Source: Octopus vulgaris (taxonomy: Eukaryota). From it: DNA of 64,000 nt. The stretch lies in the NCBI GenBank assembly GCA_951406725.2, contig OX597831.1:48732001-48796000 (forward strand), in the 5' to 3' direction. A program made the translations under genes and the position numbers. Under the pieces are notes generated by a model, which was not told the origin of the DNA, ran no database searches, and worked only from the letters and a program-made list of their open reading frames with translations. Shown in pieces: positions 38,646-51,955 of this stretch. Positions within the stretch are counted from its first letter, which is position 1, and each line of letters starts with the position of its first letter.

Positions 38646-38851
38646 ATTATAATTTAGGGTATCTAAGAGATACCACCACGCTGGAAATAGCAGCCTAAAC
38701 TAGAGTCTAAAACCAGTAATTTTTTTGCTAGTTTATTTTGTCTCTTTGTCTTCACTTCTGGTGCTGTATGAACATTTAATGTGGGTTTAGAGTCAAGTTT
38801 TGGCTGCTATTTCCAGCGTGGTGATATCTCTTAGATACCCTAAATTATAAT
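38646..38851. repeat. (TA)n-flanked inverted-repeat element
   Basis: attataatttagggtatctaagagataccaccacgctggaaatagcagcc and its near-perfect complement; arms about 65 bp. Confidence 0.9.
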
Positions 38852-39512
38852 ATGTATATATATATATATACATATACATATATGTAACACATACAAACAC
38901 TGACTACATTAATCTGTTTGTGAAAAAAACTATTTCATTTTAAGGAATCCCATTTTTCTCAGAAGTAATACATGACCTTGTTATGTATATATACATTGTT
39001 TACCCATCGTTTGTTGACAAATCTTTATAAAGATGAAATTGAATTTTGATCCAGGATATGTTTGTTATATCATACAGGAAATATTTAGTTTCCACTGAGC
39101 GGCATTCAGATCTCTAACTTTGTAATGTAATATATGCTATGTTTGCTTGTCAATGTATTTTATATATGCATGTGTGTGTGTGTGTACATATATATACAAA
39201 TACATATACATATGTGTGTGTGTATGGATGTATGTATGCATCTATGTATGCAGAGAGAGAGAGAGAGATACATACATATATACATATACATACATACATG
39301 CATTTGTATATGCAAATGTGCAAATATACATGCATGCATACATATATATATATGAATGTATAACTGAATCTATTTGATATGTAGACAATTGTGTGTGTAT
39401 ATATAAAGATGTGTATGTATGTACATACGTATGTATGTACATACGTATGTATGTACATATACACACACACACACACACACATATATATACATATATATTT
39501 ATATATATCACC

Positions 39513-40610
39513 GTCATCATCACCACCATTTAACATCTGTTTTCCATGCTGGCATGGGGTGGATGGTTTGACTGAGGGCTGGAGAGCCAGCAGCTGCACC
39601 AGGTTCCATTTGATCTGGTAATGTTTCTACAGCTGGATGCCCTTCCTAACACCAACCACTCTGAGAGTGTAGTGGGTGCTTTTTACATGCCACCAGTACT
39701 GGAGTCAGTCAGGCAGGCCTGGCATCGATCACTTTCAGATAAAGCTTTTTACATGTCACTGGCACAGGGACAAGACATGGGAGACTGGCCAGGGGGCAAG
39801 TCATGGGGTACTGGCATCGGCCACTTTTGGATGGTGCACTTTATGTGCCACTGGCATGAGAGCCAGTCAGGCAGACCTGGCATCAACCACATTCAGTTGG
39901 TGCCTTTTACTTGCCACCAGCATGGGAGCCAGTCAGGGGCACTGGCCACAGCTAAGATATTGGTTTTACTTGACTCAACAAGTCTCCTCAAGCATATCAT
40001 ATCACCCAATGCATCAGGGGTATTCTTAACAGGGCCAGACATGTGTGACTGCGATCTCACTTTAGTTGTCAAGTTTTCTCAATCACAACATATTTCCAAA
40101 GGTCTCAGTCTCTTGTCATTGCCTCTATCAAGCCCAATGTTCAAAGGTCATGCTTCACCACCTCATCCCATGTCTTCCTGGGTCTACCTCTTCCACAGTT
40201 AGGGAGTGTCACTTCCTCACACAGCTGTCCTCATTCATACATAACACATCACCATACCAGTGCAGTTGCCTCTCTTGCACACCACAGTTGATGCTTCTTA
40301 TGCCCAACTTTTCTCTCAGGGTGCTAATACTCTGTCATGTATGCACACTGATATTACACATCCAGCTGATCATACTAGCTTCATTTCTTTCAAGCCTATG
40401 CATGTCCTCAGCATTCATGGCTTATGTTTCACAGCCATGTAGCATGGCACTTCACATGCATGCATCATACAGTCTACCTTTCATCTTGAGCAAGATGCCC
40501 TTAGTTGCCAGCAGAGGTAAGTGCCCCCTGAATTTTGCCCAGGCTGTTCTTACTCTAGCAACTACACTTTCAGAGCAACCACTCCCACTACACACTATTA
40601 ACTGCTTCTA
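39513..40610 (-). pseudogene. 5'-truncated RTE-clade LINE
   Basis: The minus strand reads SVVARVRTAWAKFR..KGRLYDAC..MLHGCET..RLERNEASM..LREKLGI..LHWYG; 3' UTR identical in type to the short RTE tails. Confidence 0.92.
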
Positions 40611-40866
40611 GTTCCTCCCCTTGGCATGTGAGAGTATCTGTTTTGTGTACATCTTCAGTGCTTATTGCCCCTGTGCATCTGCCACACACAAAAACTATTT
40701 TCCCGGTTAACCTTCCTTATATGTTGCTGCACCTTTTATGTGTCCATAGCTTATATATATATATATTTATATACATATATATATATATATAGGCAGAGAG
40801 AGAGAGATACATACATGTATGTATGTGTATATATATGCACACACGTACAAGCATAATGCATACATT

Positions 40867-40915
<49 letters not shown>

Positions 40916-40956
40916 TACACACGCATTCATCTGTATAGATACATGTAAGTATAAGC

Positions 40957-41105
<149 letters not shown>

Positions 41106-42023
41106 TGTGATCCTGGATGATAACAATGCATCACTGTGATTCCACCATTTATTGGTGATTCCCAGCTTGTGGCCAATGGCACCTTTGCATCACTCAGGCA
41201 ACAGCCTTCCAACCTATGGGTTTGTTTGTGTTGTCGAGTTCACAATGCAAACCCTACCTCAATCTTTTTTAGTCGCTATTTACAATGCACAGAGGAAGCA
41301 TTGGGTCTATTCTTTGAGATACTGGTTCCCTCACACAGCACTAAACCTGTGTGAAATAATGTGTTTTGTTCAAGAACACAATACACCACCTGTCCAGGAC
41401 TAGAACCCACCATCTGGCAATCGTGAAAGCAACACCCTCACCATCAGGCCATGAACTTTCACTAAGTGTAAGCTAGATGCATATAAATACATAAACTTTT
41501 TTTTTTTAAATAAAGCTATGAAGTACCCCATGATATTATATTTGTTGTCTGTATGGATGGATATGAATGAGATTTGATGCGATTATTCAATGTCAAGAGT
41601 TTGCTTTTGCTAAATATATTTTTTAAAGATTACACAGAAAATGGAAAGCCATAGGCAAGAATTGCATAAAACATAGCTTATCTTCAGGGAGAAGATAAAT
41701 TAAAGAAAGATAATTGCTCAAAATACAGAAAAATATTAAGAAAATAAATAAGAAGAAAAAATAGCTCAAGAAATATGAACAAGATAACTAATAAAAAAAA
41801 TTATATATGCTATCAAAAACTTTTAAGATATATATATATATATGTATGTATATATATATATATATATATATTATACATATATATATATACACACACACAC
41901 ATATATATATACATACATACACATACATATACAAATATATATGCATACATACATCATCATCATGCATACATACATACATACATAGACATACATACATGCA
42001 TGCATGCATGCATGCATACATAC

Positions 42024-42113
<90 letters not shown>

Positions 42114-42319
42114 GTATATATATCACACATTCTCCTTATCTTCCCTTTCACCTCACACTCACACCTACCACATCCTCCTCCCATCTATGATTTCCTCTCA
42201 CATACAATGTAACTACACCTACACACCATCCTCTCACACTATCCCATACCACTTCACTCCTATTCTTCAATACCCCCATACATCTAAACAAACCCCAAGA
42301 AACCATACACACCCCATAC

Positions 42320-42350
<31 letters not shown>

Positions 42351-42807
42351 TCATTCCTCTATCACACCTCTATACCTGGCTACCCTCATATTCATGCACA
42401 CTCTACTCAGCCTCCACCTTTCTTTCTCCTCCCTCCCATAGAACCACACCCCCAGCAGGCATCCAACTTTCGTTTTCCAACCACCCATTCATAGTTTTTA
42501 ATTTTCTCCACCATATATTCTCATTCTTTTATTTTATTCTGATGAAGAATCAGTGTGCAAAATGTCAATACTCTTTCCCTTCATTTTATAAAATCTGACC
42601 CTCCTGTGTAGTCTTCTCTTTGTGCTCATTGCCTAATATGTGTGCATGTGAGAGAGAGAAAGAGAGTGGGACAGAGAGAATGAGAGAGGGAGAGAGAGTC
42701 TATACTTTTGGTGCAGGTGTAGCACTGTACTTACCAAGTTTGCTTTGCTACAACACAGTTCCAGGTTTGATTCCATTATGTGTTACTTTGAGAAAGTGTT
42801 TTCATCT

Positions 42808-42988
42808 CACGTGGAGGTGCTAAAAAGGTCCTAGCTTTAAGGGTATCACAAAGGCCTTGTTAGAAGTCCAACCTTCCGAGTTCTTTTACAAGACTGCTGC
42901 AATAAGTGAATCTGAGAGGGGAATATGTTTTATAAAATCATAATCCATTAATTCCATTTGTATTTCCTTTTGCCCAAAGCCAAGAACT
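42808..42988 (+). mobile_element. Mariner-derived MITE, copy 1
   Basis: TIRs ggtgctaaaaaggtcctagcttt / aaagccaagaacttttcagca; retains the transposase end VNLRGEYV. Confidence 0.8.
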
Positions 42989-43056
42989 TTTCAGCAACCC
43001 TTCATATATGAGTATGTGTGTGTATGCATATATATATATACACATATATATATATA

Positions 43057-43438
43057 GGAGTGGCTGTGTGATAAGTAGCTTGCTTACCAACCACATGGTT
43101 CTGGGTTCAGTCCCCGTGAGTGGCACCTTGTGCAAGTGTCTTCTACTATAGCCTCAGGCTGATCAAAACCTTGTGAGTGGATTTGGTAGATGGAAACTGA
43201 AAGAAGCCCGTCGTATATGTATGTGTGTGTGTGTGTTTGTGTGTCTGTATTTGTCCCCCCAACATCACTTGACAACTGATGCTGGTGTATTTACATCCCT
43301 GTAACTTAGTGGTTCGACAAAAGAGACCAATAGACTAAGTACTAGGCTTACAAAGAATAAGTCCTGGGGTCGATTTGCTCAACTAAAGGCGATGCTCCAG
43401 CATGGCCACAGTCACATGATTGAAACAAATAAAAGAGT
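43057..43438 (+). mobile_element. SINE family A
   Basis: Full-length match. Confidence 0.92.
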
Positions 43439-43453
43439 ATATATATATACACA

Positions 43454-43672
43454 CACGAGGGGTGCAAAAAAATTCCTGGCTTAAGGGTATCATAGAAAGC
43501 CTGGCTGGAAGCCCAACTTTCTGAGTTCTTTTACAGGGCTTAGAAAAATTGAAGGACTCCTGCAATACATGTGTGAATCTGAGAGGAGGATATGTTAAAT
43601 AAAATCCTAATTAACTGATCCTCCTGTATTTTCTGTTACTCAAAGCCAAGAACTTTTCAGCACTCCCTCATA
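43454..43672 (+). mobile_element. Mariner-derived MITE, copy 2
   Basis: cgagggggtgcaaaaaaattcctggctt / aagccaagaacttttcagcactccctca; same interior as copy 1. Confidence 0.82.
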
Positions 43673-43797
43673 TCTTCATATTGTTAGCTGATATCCTGTG
43701 AGTGAAATTTGGTAAATGGAAACTGTACTGAAGGTTGTTTTACATATATGTGTATATCATCATCATTTAACATTTGTTTTACAACAAAGGCATAATT

Positions 43798-43875
<78 letters not shown>

Positions 43876-44279
43876 AATTTACCAATACTGTTTTTGTCCA
43901 TAGGGTAAATGTGGTTTCATTGTTGTAGTTTAATTAATAATGTTAGTGTTTAATCCTTCCTAGAATTAAGATTGAATAAATGTGGTGATATCTAAGGTAT
44001 GTTTGTTCCCAAACAACACTTCTTTTAGTGCTATTGACACTGCCGGATTGAATGGTACTGCTACGGTGTCGAAACCATAGGGATATCTGTGGGACAGCTG
44101 ATGATGGAGGTGTGTTGGATTGTTGGTATTGTATGAGCAGAATAGTTTTATTCGACATCCATATATATGTATATAGATAGATAGATAGTTGGATGGATGG
44201 CTGAATGGATGGATGGATGTATATACATGTGTGTATGTGTGTGCGTGCGTGTATATATATGTGTGTGTGTGTGTCTTAT

Positions 44280-44485
44280 GTTTGTGTTTGTCCTTCTTCA
44301 GTGTTTGATATGGCGATGGTTTGTTAATGACCCGATAGTTTTGCAGCTTGGCATAAAGTGACCAATAGAACAAGTACCAGACTTTAAAAAATATATGTAC
44401 AGAGGTTGATTTGTGTAACTAGAACACTTCAACATGGTTGCACCAGCATGGCTGCAGTCCAATGATTGCAACAAGTAAAAGACAA
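44280..44485 (+). mobile_element. SINE family A 3' body, degenerate
   Basis: gaccaatagaacaagtaccag...ccagcatggctgcagtc. Confidence 0.7.
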
Positions 44486-44638
44486 AATATATATACATAT
44501 ATGCACTCATATAAGCTTGGTCATACTTTACCATTCAGCCATGTCTGAAGGTTGCTAATTTACCTCTCCCATTCTAGAATGTTCTAAGCAGTGAAACTGT
44601 TCAATAATATTAATTAACTTTTATGAAATTGTAATATT

Positions 44639-45082
44639 CTTTTCTATTCTAAGCACAAGTCCTGAAATTTTTGGGGAGGGGGCCAGTCAGTTAGATTGAT
44701 CCCAGTACACAACTGGTAATTAATTTATTGACCCCGAAAGGATGAAAGATAAAGTCGACCTCAGCAGAATTCGAACTCAGAATGTAATGACGGGCAAAAT
44801 ACCACTAAGCATTTCGCCCAGCATATTTGCATTTCTGCTAGCTCACTGCCCAATGAGACTGTAATATTTTTTCTACTCTAGGCACAAGGCCTGAAATTTT
44901 TTTAGTGGGGAGGCAGTCAGTTAGATCGACCCCCTTATGCAATTGGTACTTAATTTATCAACCCCGAAAAGATGAAAGGCAAAGTCTACCTCAACAGAAT
45001 TTGAACTCAGAACATAAAGACAGACGAAATACTACAAAGCATTTTGCTTGGTGTGCTAATGTTTCTGCCAGCTTGCCACCCT
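44639..45082 (-). mobile_element. Tandem pair of SINE family B (tail type 2)
   Basis: Two copies with a 230-bp period, bounded by three copies of a 16-bp flank. Confidence 0.88.
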
Positions 45083-45940
45083 GTGAGACTCTAATATTAA
45101 ATGAATAATATAAAGAAAAAGTGTGTTTTTATTTGTGTCAGTGACTGTTTGTGCACATCAGTTTAAACCAGTGTTTTAAACTACAAATGAATATCTGTGT
45201 GTGTGTGTGGAGAGAGAGGGAGTGTCACATTAATGGATTCTTAGATGACTATATGCATATAAATATATATATATGTATGTGTAATTTTATATACAATTTT
45301 AAATATATGTATAATTCTAAAGATGTGTGTGTGTATATATACATACATATATGTGTGTTTGCATACATATATACATATATGCTTGTATACAAATACATAT
45401 AAGTATATACACATACACACACAATGTCTGTTTATATATATATATATACACACAGAGAAATATACACATACATGCACACATACATGCATACATACATACA
45501 TACAAACATGCATACGTACATACATACATACATACACACATACATACATACATACATACATACATACATACATACATACATACATACATACATACATACA
45601 CACACACATACATACATACACATGCACGCACCCACATACTATCCCATTGATATTGATTAAATTTTGTTTATTTGCCTTGTAATGTGTGATGTGCTTTTTA
45701 TTCACCTGAAAAATTAACAAGTTGCCAGAATTTTTTTTTCAAATAATAAAAAAAAAAGAAATATTAATAACGAAATTAACTATAAAAACATTTTACACCT
45801 TTGAAAATTAGATTAGCAGGAAAATAACAAAAAACAATGTTGTTTACAATATATCATGGATATTTCCCCCATATATATGTGTGTGAGTGTGTGTGTGTGT
45901 CTGTGTGTGTGTGTGTGTTTTATGTGTTCATATTTGTATC

Positions 45941-46017
<77 letters not shown>

Positions 46018-46035
46018 ATATATATGCCTATATAA

Positions 46036-46070
<35 letters not shown>

Positions 46071-46088
46071 GTTTATATATGTATATGC

Positions 46089-46129
<41 letters not shown>

Positions 46130-46521
46130 TACATGTATATATGTACATATATATATATGTATATACATACACGTGTTTGTATACATGTATATATATATAT
46201 ATGTATATACATACATGTGTTTGTATATATGTATATATATATATATATTTCTAGTTACATATAAATGTATGTGTGTGTGTGTATCAGTGATTTTAGTTTG
46301 TTCTTATCTGTCCCAAGCCGGCTTCTAGTAAACTCAGTCATGGCTGCAAGCTCAGCTGATTTGTACATAAAAACATGCTTAAAATTATATATATATTTAT
46401 ATATATATATATATATATATTTATACATTCATACATGTCCACACACACTCATACATATATATATATATGCATATAGTTTTACTATCGATTTGTTAAGAAA
46501 TTTTTGATTTCAAGGACTCAC

Positions 46522-46744
46522 TTTTGATTTTAGTTATTCTCGTCTGCTGCAGATCAGTAGAGAAGTGCGCAATTATTTCTTGCAATGATATAATGCAGGA
46601 TATACATACAAGGCAGGAAGTCAATGAGATGCTTAAACCATTAAGAAAAATCAATTGAATATGTCTGCATCCATCATCGATCAAGCTGATGTCATCAATA
46701 AATCTGATACAGAGCTCCAGGCTGGCTCCAAGTTAAAATATTGA
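46522..46744 (-). other. Candidate non-coding or UTR exon
   Basis: Minus-strand acceptor tttttttctttgatatcttatcag and donor gtgagt around unique sequence; no fully open frame. Confidence 0.3.
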
Positions 46745-47239
46745 CTGATAAGATATCAAAGAAAAAAAATGAATAAATAAAGATATAAAACTAAAACAGA
46801 TAGAAAAAAAATATAAATAAATCGTTGAATTTAGAGTATCGCTGGAGGTATTTCCTGCAGGAAGTTCAAAGTTAAAAGTTCTTCTCCATTAGAATGTTTC
46901 TTTAACATTTTGGTGATTAATCTTTGAGACTTGAAGCAAAGGGATTTAAATGATAAAAAAAAAACCCAGAAAAGATGACGTTTGTTGATGATGATGATGA
47001 TGATGATGATGGAGATGATATTGTTGATGATGGTGTTTAACCTGAAGTTAGATTTGATGGAGCAGAATTAGGATCAAAGATTTTCTAGTTGTGACATAGG
47101 ACTTCATTATACTGTATGTAGCTTTGTTTGATTTAGAATAGGTATGCAGTGTGCATCATGGATTCTCCTGTTGTAGATGAAAGATGTGGGTTCTGCAAAT
47201 TCTTGCGGAACATACCTGCACATGTGATTTGCATATAGA

Positions 47240-47619
47240 GATTTACCATCTTACAAACAATAACTCTGAGCACCTTTTCAAACTCCACCTGTCTTACACC
47301 CGTGGACATGTTTACAAAGTCAGAAAACAGCACAGCTCCCAAGACTTTCAGAAACATTTTCTCACGCTAAGAGTTGCTGAAGCATGGAACAAACTGCTGA
47401 CATCAGTTGTTAGTTGTCGAAGCACTGCATCCTTCAAAACTTCCATGCTTCCTGAGATTCGCCAACACTACACCTGATTTTCTCCCCTCCATACATACGC
47501 AAGCATGTATCTGACTCATACACTGTTCACTTTCCAGACATTTGTACATTACTGCATATGCTTTATATGCACTTTTTAACAAGCTGTGGTGCACCTGAGC
47601 ACTGTATACAATAATTTCG

Positions 47620-47659
<40 letters not shown>

Positions 47660-47660
47660 C
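47240..47660 (+). pseudogene. CR1/L2-group LINE 3' end with (ATT)n tail
   Basis: TRGHVYKV..FLTLRVAEAWNKL..VV..STASFK C-terminal signature. Confidence 0.88.
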
Positions 47661-48080
47661 AATATTATTAAATATATGAGCTGCACATAACTTACCCCTT
47701 CCATCAAATTGACATCGCCTGTACTGGTGCACGGTGTGCCAGACATCAGATGTTGAAGTGATCACAGGGCAACAAGAGATGAAGTGTCTTGCTCAGGGTC
47801 ATGATGCACTACCTGGACCAGGAATCGAAACTATGATCTTGTGACCGTGGGTGCAGTACCCAAACCACAAGGCTACTCTCCAGTTGTCTCAACACAAAAC
47901 ATAGACTTAGCAGCTGTTTTTGGCAATCGAGTGACCATGTGGTGTATTATTACACTACATTGGAGTATTATTGTTGTTGTTATTGTTTGGTCCTTGGTCA
48001 GCCTTGGTCGGGCTGATCTCTGATCACAGGCATTCCGGCCATGACTATCTCATCTTTGTAACAGCATGAATTAAATAATG

Positions 48081-48719
48081 CAGTTGTCCTCAAATGGGTT
48101 TGTACAACCCATATGGATCCATATGACCCCTAGAGGTCCATATAAAATTTCTGGGGGTTTCACACAAATGAAATAGTAAATTGGGGATTCACAGTAGTAT
48201 TTTAAGGGTTCATCATCATCATCATCATCATCATCTTTTTTCTATGCTGGCATAGGTTGGACGGTTTGACTAAAAACTGGTAAACTGGGGAGCTGCACCA
48301 AATTCCAATTTGATTTGGCATGGTTTTCTGTGGCTGGATGCCTTTCCTTATGCCAACCACTCAAAGAGTGAAGTGGGTGCTTTCTACATGCCACCAGCAC
48401 ATGTACCAGTTACATGACCCCAGCATCAGCCACAGCTATGATCTCTTTTGGCTTGACAGGTCTTCTTAAGCATCATGTATCGCCAAAGAATAAGTCCTGG
48501 GGTTGATTTGCTTGACTAAAAGCGGTGCTCCAGCCTGGCCACAGTCAAATGACTGAAACAAGTAAAAGAGTAAGGGAATGAGGGGAAAACAGAATAGTAA
48601 TTTTGCAAGAAGTGTCAGTAGAACTAGTTTTTAAACATCAAATGGCTATAGGGGTCCACAAGAATAAAATAGTAATCAAAGGGCTTCATAGGTATATAAA
48701 AAAAAATTGAGAACCACTG
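48081..48719. mobile_element. hAT-type MITE carrying RTE-tail and SINE inserts
   Basis: TIRs cagttgtcctcaa / ttgagaaccactg; flanks aaataatg / acctaatg; related to 5702-6000. Confidence 0.75.
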
Positions 48720-49246
48720 ACCTAATGCGTTCTTTAAAATGCTAATGTATGATTTAAGGGAGATTTGGTTGCTATTTCTAGCGAGCATGCAGAAGCTTTC
48801 TTGTCTTGGTGCTGTTGTTCATAACATTGTATTTGGTGCTTAGTGGTGATGGTGGTAGTAGAGTTAGTATTGACGACATGGAAGGGTTAGAGGCAGCAGT
48901 GGCAATGAAGGGGAGGAAGAGGAGGAGATGGAAGTAACGAAGAGAAAGCGAGGGAAGAGTTTGCTTATTTCTGATGCATATCTTATCTTGTGAGACTCTC
49001 GCTATTTTACTCCCTCCCTTTGATGTATATGACACTTTCTCACTCACTCCTTCATTTAATCACTCCTTCATACATGCACACCCTCTCTCTCTCTCTGCCC
49101 CACATCTTTCCCCTCTAATACTCATACCACTCTCTCTCTCTCAGTCACACAGCTGTCTCACTCACTTTCTCTCCCCATTTGGTGAGTACACCACACTCCT
49201 TCATTCCCTCACTATCATTCTCTCACTTATACTACTTTCATTCTCT

Positions 49247-49285
<39 letters not shown>

Positions 49286-49405
49286 TCTGTAACTTACACC
49301 ACTCTCTCATGAATACATCACTCTGTCACTAACTCTGGTTCTCTTTATGATTCTTACATCAAGCTCTTTCTCTCTCTGTCTGTCTCTCTAATACACCCCA
49401 CCTTT

Positions 49406-49451
<46 letters not shown>

Positions 49452-50219
49452 ATGTTTACACCATGTAGAAAGAACATGTAAAAAGTAAAAAGTGAGAGTA
49501 TGCATAAATGTAGGCAGCATTTGTGTAGCTAACAAGTTTACATTGCAGCAACATGTAGTGGTTTGGCTCTTTAAATCAAAAGGTAACTTAGCAATTTGAT
49601 AAACAGAGATTGATGAAATAATTACTGGGGCATATGTGATCAGTTACAGTCCAATGAACAAAATAAGTGAAAAATAAACAAAATAGTATCTTATACTGTG
49701 TAAGAATAGTGGAAGGCAGATAAACAGTTGTAGAGATTGAGGTCAGAATTACATGGGAGAGGCTACAGTAAATGGGGCACAATGGGGAGATCGAGCATTG
49801 ATGGTGGTTATGAGATAATGCTAAGAATGATAACAGATATGAAAGGTATTATAGAGAGATATGATTGGCTTAGGATGTGGCTTTGAGAAGAAAGAAAGAG
49901 ATAACTGAAAACAGAGAAAGGAGATGCTTGGTGGAAGATAGTGTGAGAAGGGATGAGAATTAGGGATGGTGGTTAATATGAAGTGGTTCCAGAGGGAGAA
50001 GGTGGTAGTGCAAAAGCATGAAGAAATACATACTGATTCTTTCCCTCACTACACAGCAGCTTAGTAGAGCCATAGATAGAAGAGTGATGAAGGAATGGAT
50101 ATTAAGAAGATGAAATGTGGGGAATACTTGAGAAGGTAAACTGAGTGTAGGAAATACACACAACATGTACAGGCATAAGCATAAGTATTATATGTTTATA
50201 TATATGTGTGTGTGTGTAT

Positions 50220-50251
<32 letters not shown>

Positions 50252-50295
50252 GCACATACATATACATGTATGTATATATATATATATATATAAAT

Positions 50296-50525
50296 ATAAC
50301 ATAAGGGACTAAAGCCATCTGAATATGGCTAGGGACAGGGCAGGGTGGTGGGGGTGTTACTGTTGCATTTAGCCCCAGGCGAACATCGACGTCGCCAGAT
50401 AGGCTTGACACCATAAGCCTATCTGGCGACGTCGATGTTCGCCTGGGGCTAAATGCAACAGTAACACCCCCACCACCCTGCCCTGTCCCTAGCCATATTC
50501 AGATGGCTTTAGTCCCTTATGTTAT
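50296..50525. repeat. Perfect 111-bp inverted repeat with 8-nt loop
   Basis: Arms 50296-50406 and 50415-50525 compared base by base with no mismatch; loop gacaccat. Confidence 0.97.
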
Positions 50526-50596
50526 CGAGCAGTTACTGTCTATATCTCTTTTAGAGAATTATTATATATAAATATATGTATATATATATGTATATA

Positions 50597-50641
<45 letters not shown>

Positions 50642-50734
50642 AAATGAAGAAAATGCTGACAAATAATTGAAGTAATTTAAGTAATTTAATTAGGTGAAAG
50701 TTCTTTTTACCGGTTGCGCATTTGTTATGCTTAT

Positions 50735-50773
<39 letters not shown>

Positions 50774-50801
50774 TTCATATATACATATATGTACATATGT
50801 T

Positions 50802-50836
<35 letters not shown>

Positions 50837-51031
50837 GTATTTAGATGTATGTATATGTATACATGTGTATATATGTTTGTGTGTATGTACATACGTATGC
50901 ATGTATGTATGTATGTATGTACGTATGTATGTCAGTAAATTGTCCATAAATCAGAAAACTTTCTGACCTGTTATATACCATTGCCAAGGATATACCACTC
51001 AACTACATAGTGTGTGTGTGTATGTGAGTAA

Positions 51032-51084
<53 letters not shown>

Positions 51085-51313
51085 TACATAAATATTTGGG
51101 TGTGATAATGTGTTAGTTTCTTTTAGTGTGTTTCCTCTGCCTTGGCATCGTTTACTACCACATAAGCATGTCATCATTTACATCTTCCATGAAAATATGT
51201 TCATCTTTTGAGTTGTTGACTTGTTTCCAAGCAAGCTATTTGCAAACAAGTTAATATTAGCACCAAGAAAAGCAAACTGCCACAGAAAAAAAAATTGCTT
51301 TGCTATAAGTATT

Positions 51314-51955
51314 TGTTTCTTTATTACCCACAAGGGGCTAAACATAGAGGGAACAAACAAGGACAGACAAACGGATTAAATCGATTACATCAACCCCAAT
51401 GCATAACTGGTACTTAATTTTTCGACCCTGAAGGATGAAAGGCAAAGTCGACCTGGGTGGAACTTGAACTCAGAATGTAAAGCCAGACAAAATACCTATT
51501 TCTTCATTACCCACAAGGGGCTAAACATAGAGGGGACAAACAAGGACAGACATAGGTAGACATAGACATAGACAGACATAGCCAGACAAAATACCTATTT
51601 CTTTATTACCCACAAGGGGCTAAACACAGAGGGGACAGACATAGGTATTAAGTCGATTACATCGACCCCAGTGCGTAACTGGTACTTAATTTATCGACCC
51701 CGAAAGGATGAAAGGCAAAGTCAACCTCGGTGGAATTTGAACTCACAATGTAACGCAGACGAAATACCGCTAAGCATTTCGCCCAGCGTGCTAACGTTTC
51801 TGCCAGCTAGCCAGACAAAATACCATTAAGCATTTCACCTGGCGTGCTAACAAGGCAAAGTCGACCTCGGCGGAATTAGAACTCAGAACGTAACAGCAGA
51901 CGAAATACAGTTACACATTCTGCCCGGTGTGCTAACGGTTCTGCCAGCTCACCGA
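51314..51955 (-). mobile_element. Nested cluster of SINE family B copies
   Basis: agccagacaaaatacc at 51481, 51580 and 51809; outer TSD gctttgct(a/g)taagtatt at 51297 and 51971. Confidence 0.88.

Noticed and set aside
40066-40611. 181-aa plus-strand ORF
   Set aside because: Antisense shadow of the RTE reverse transcriptase fossil
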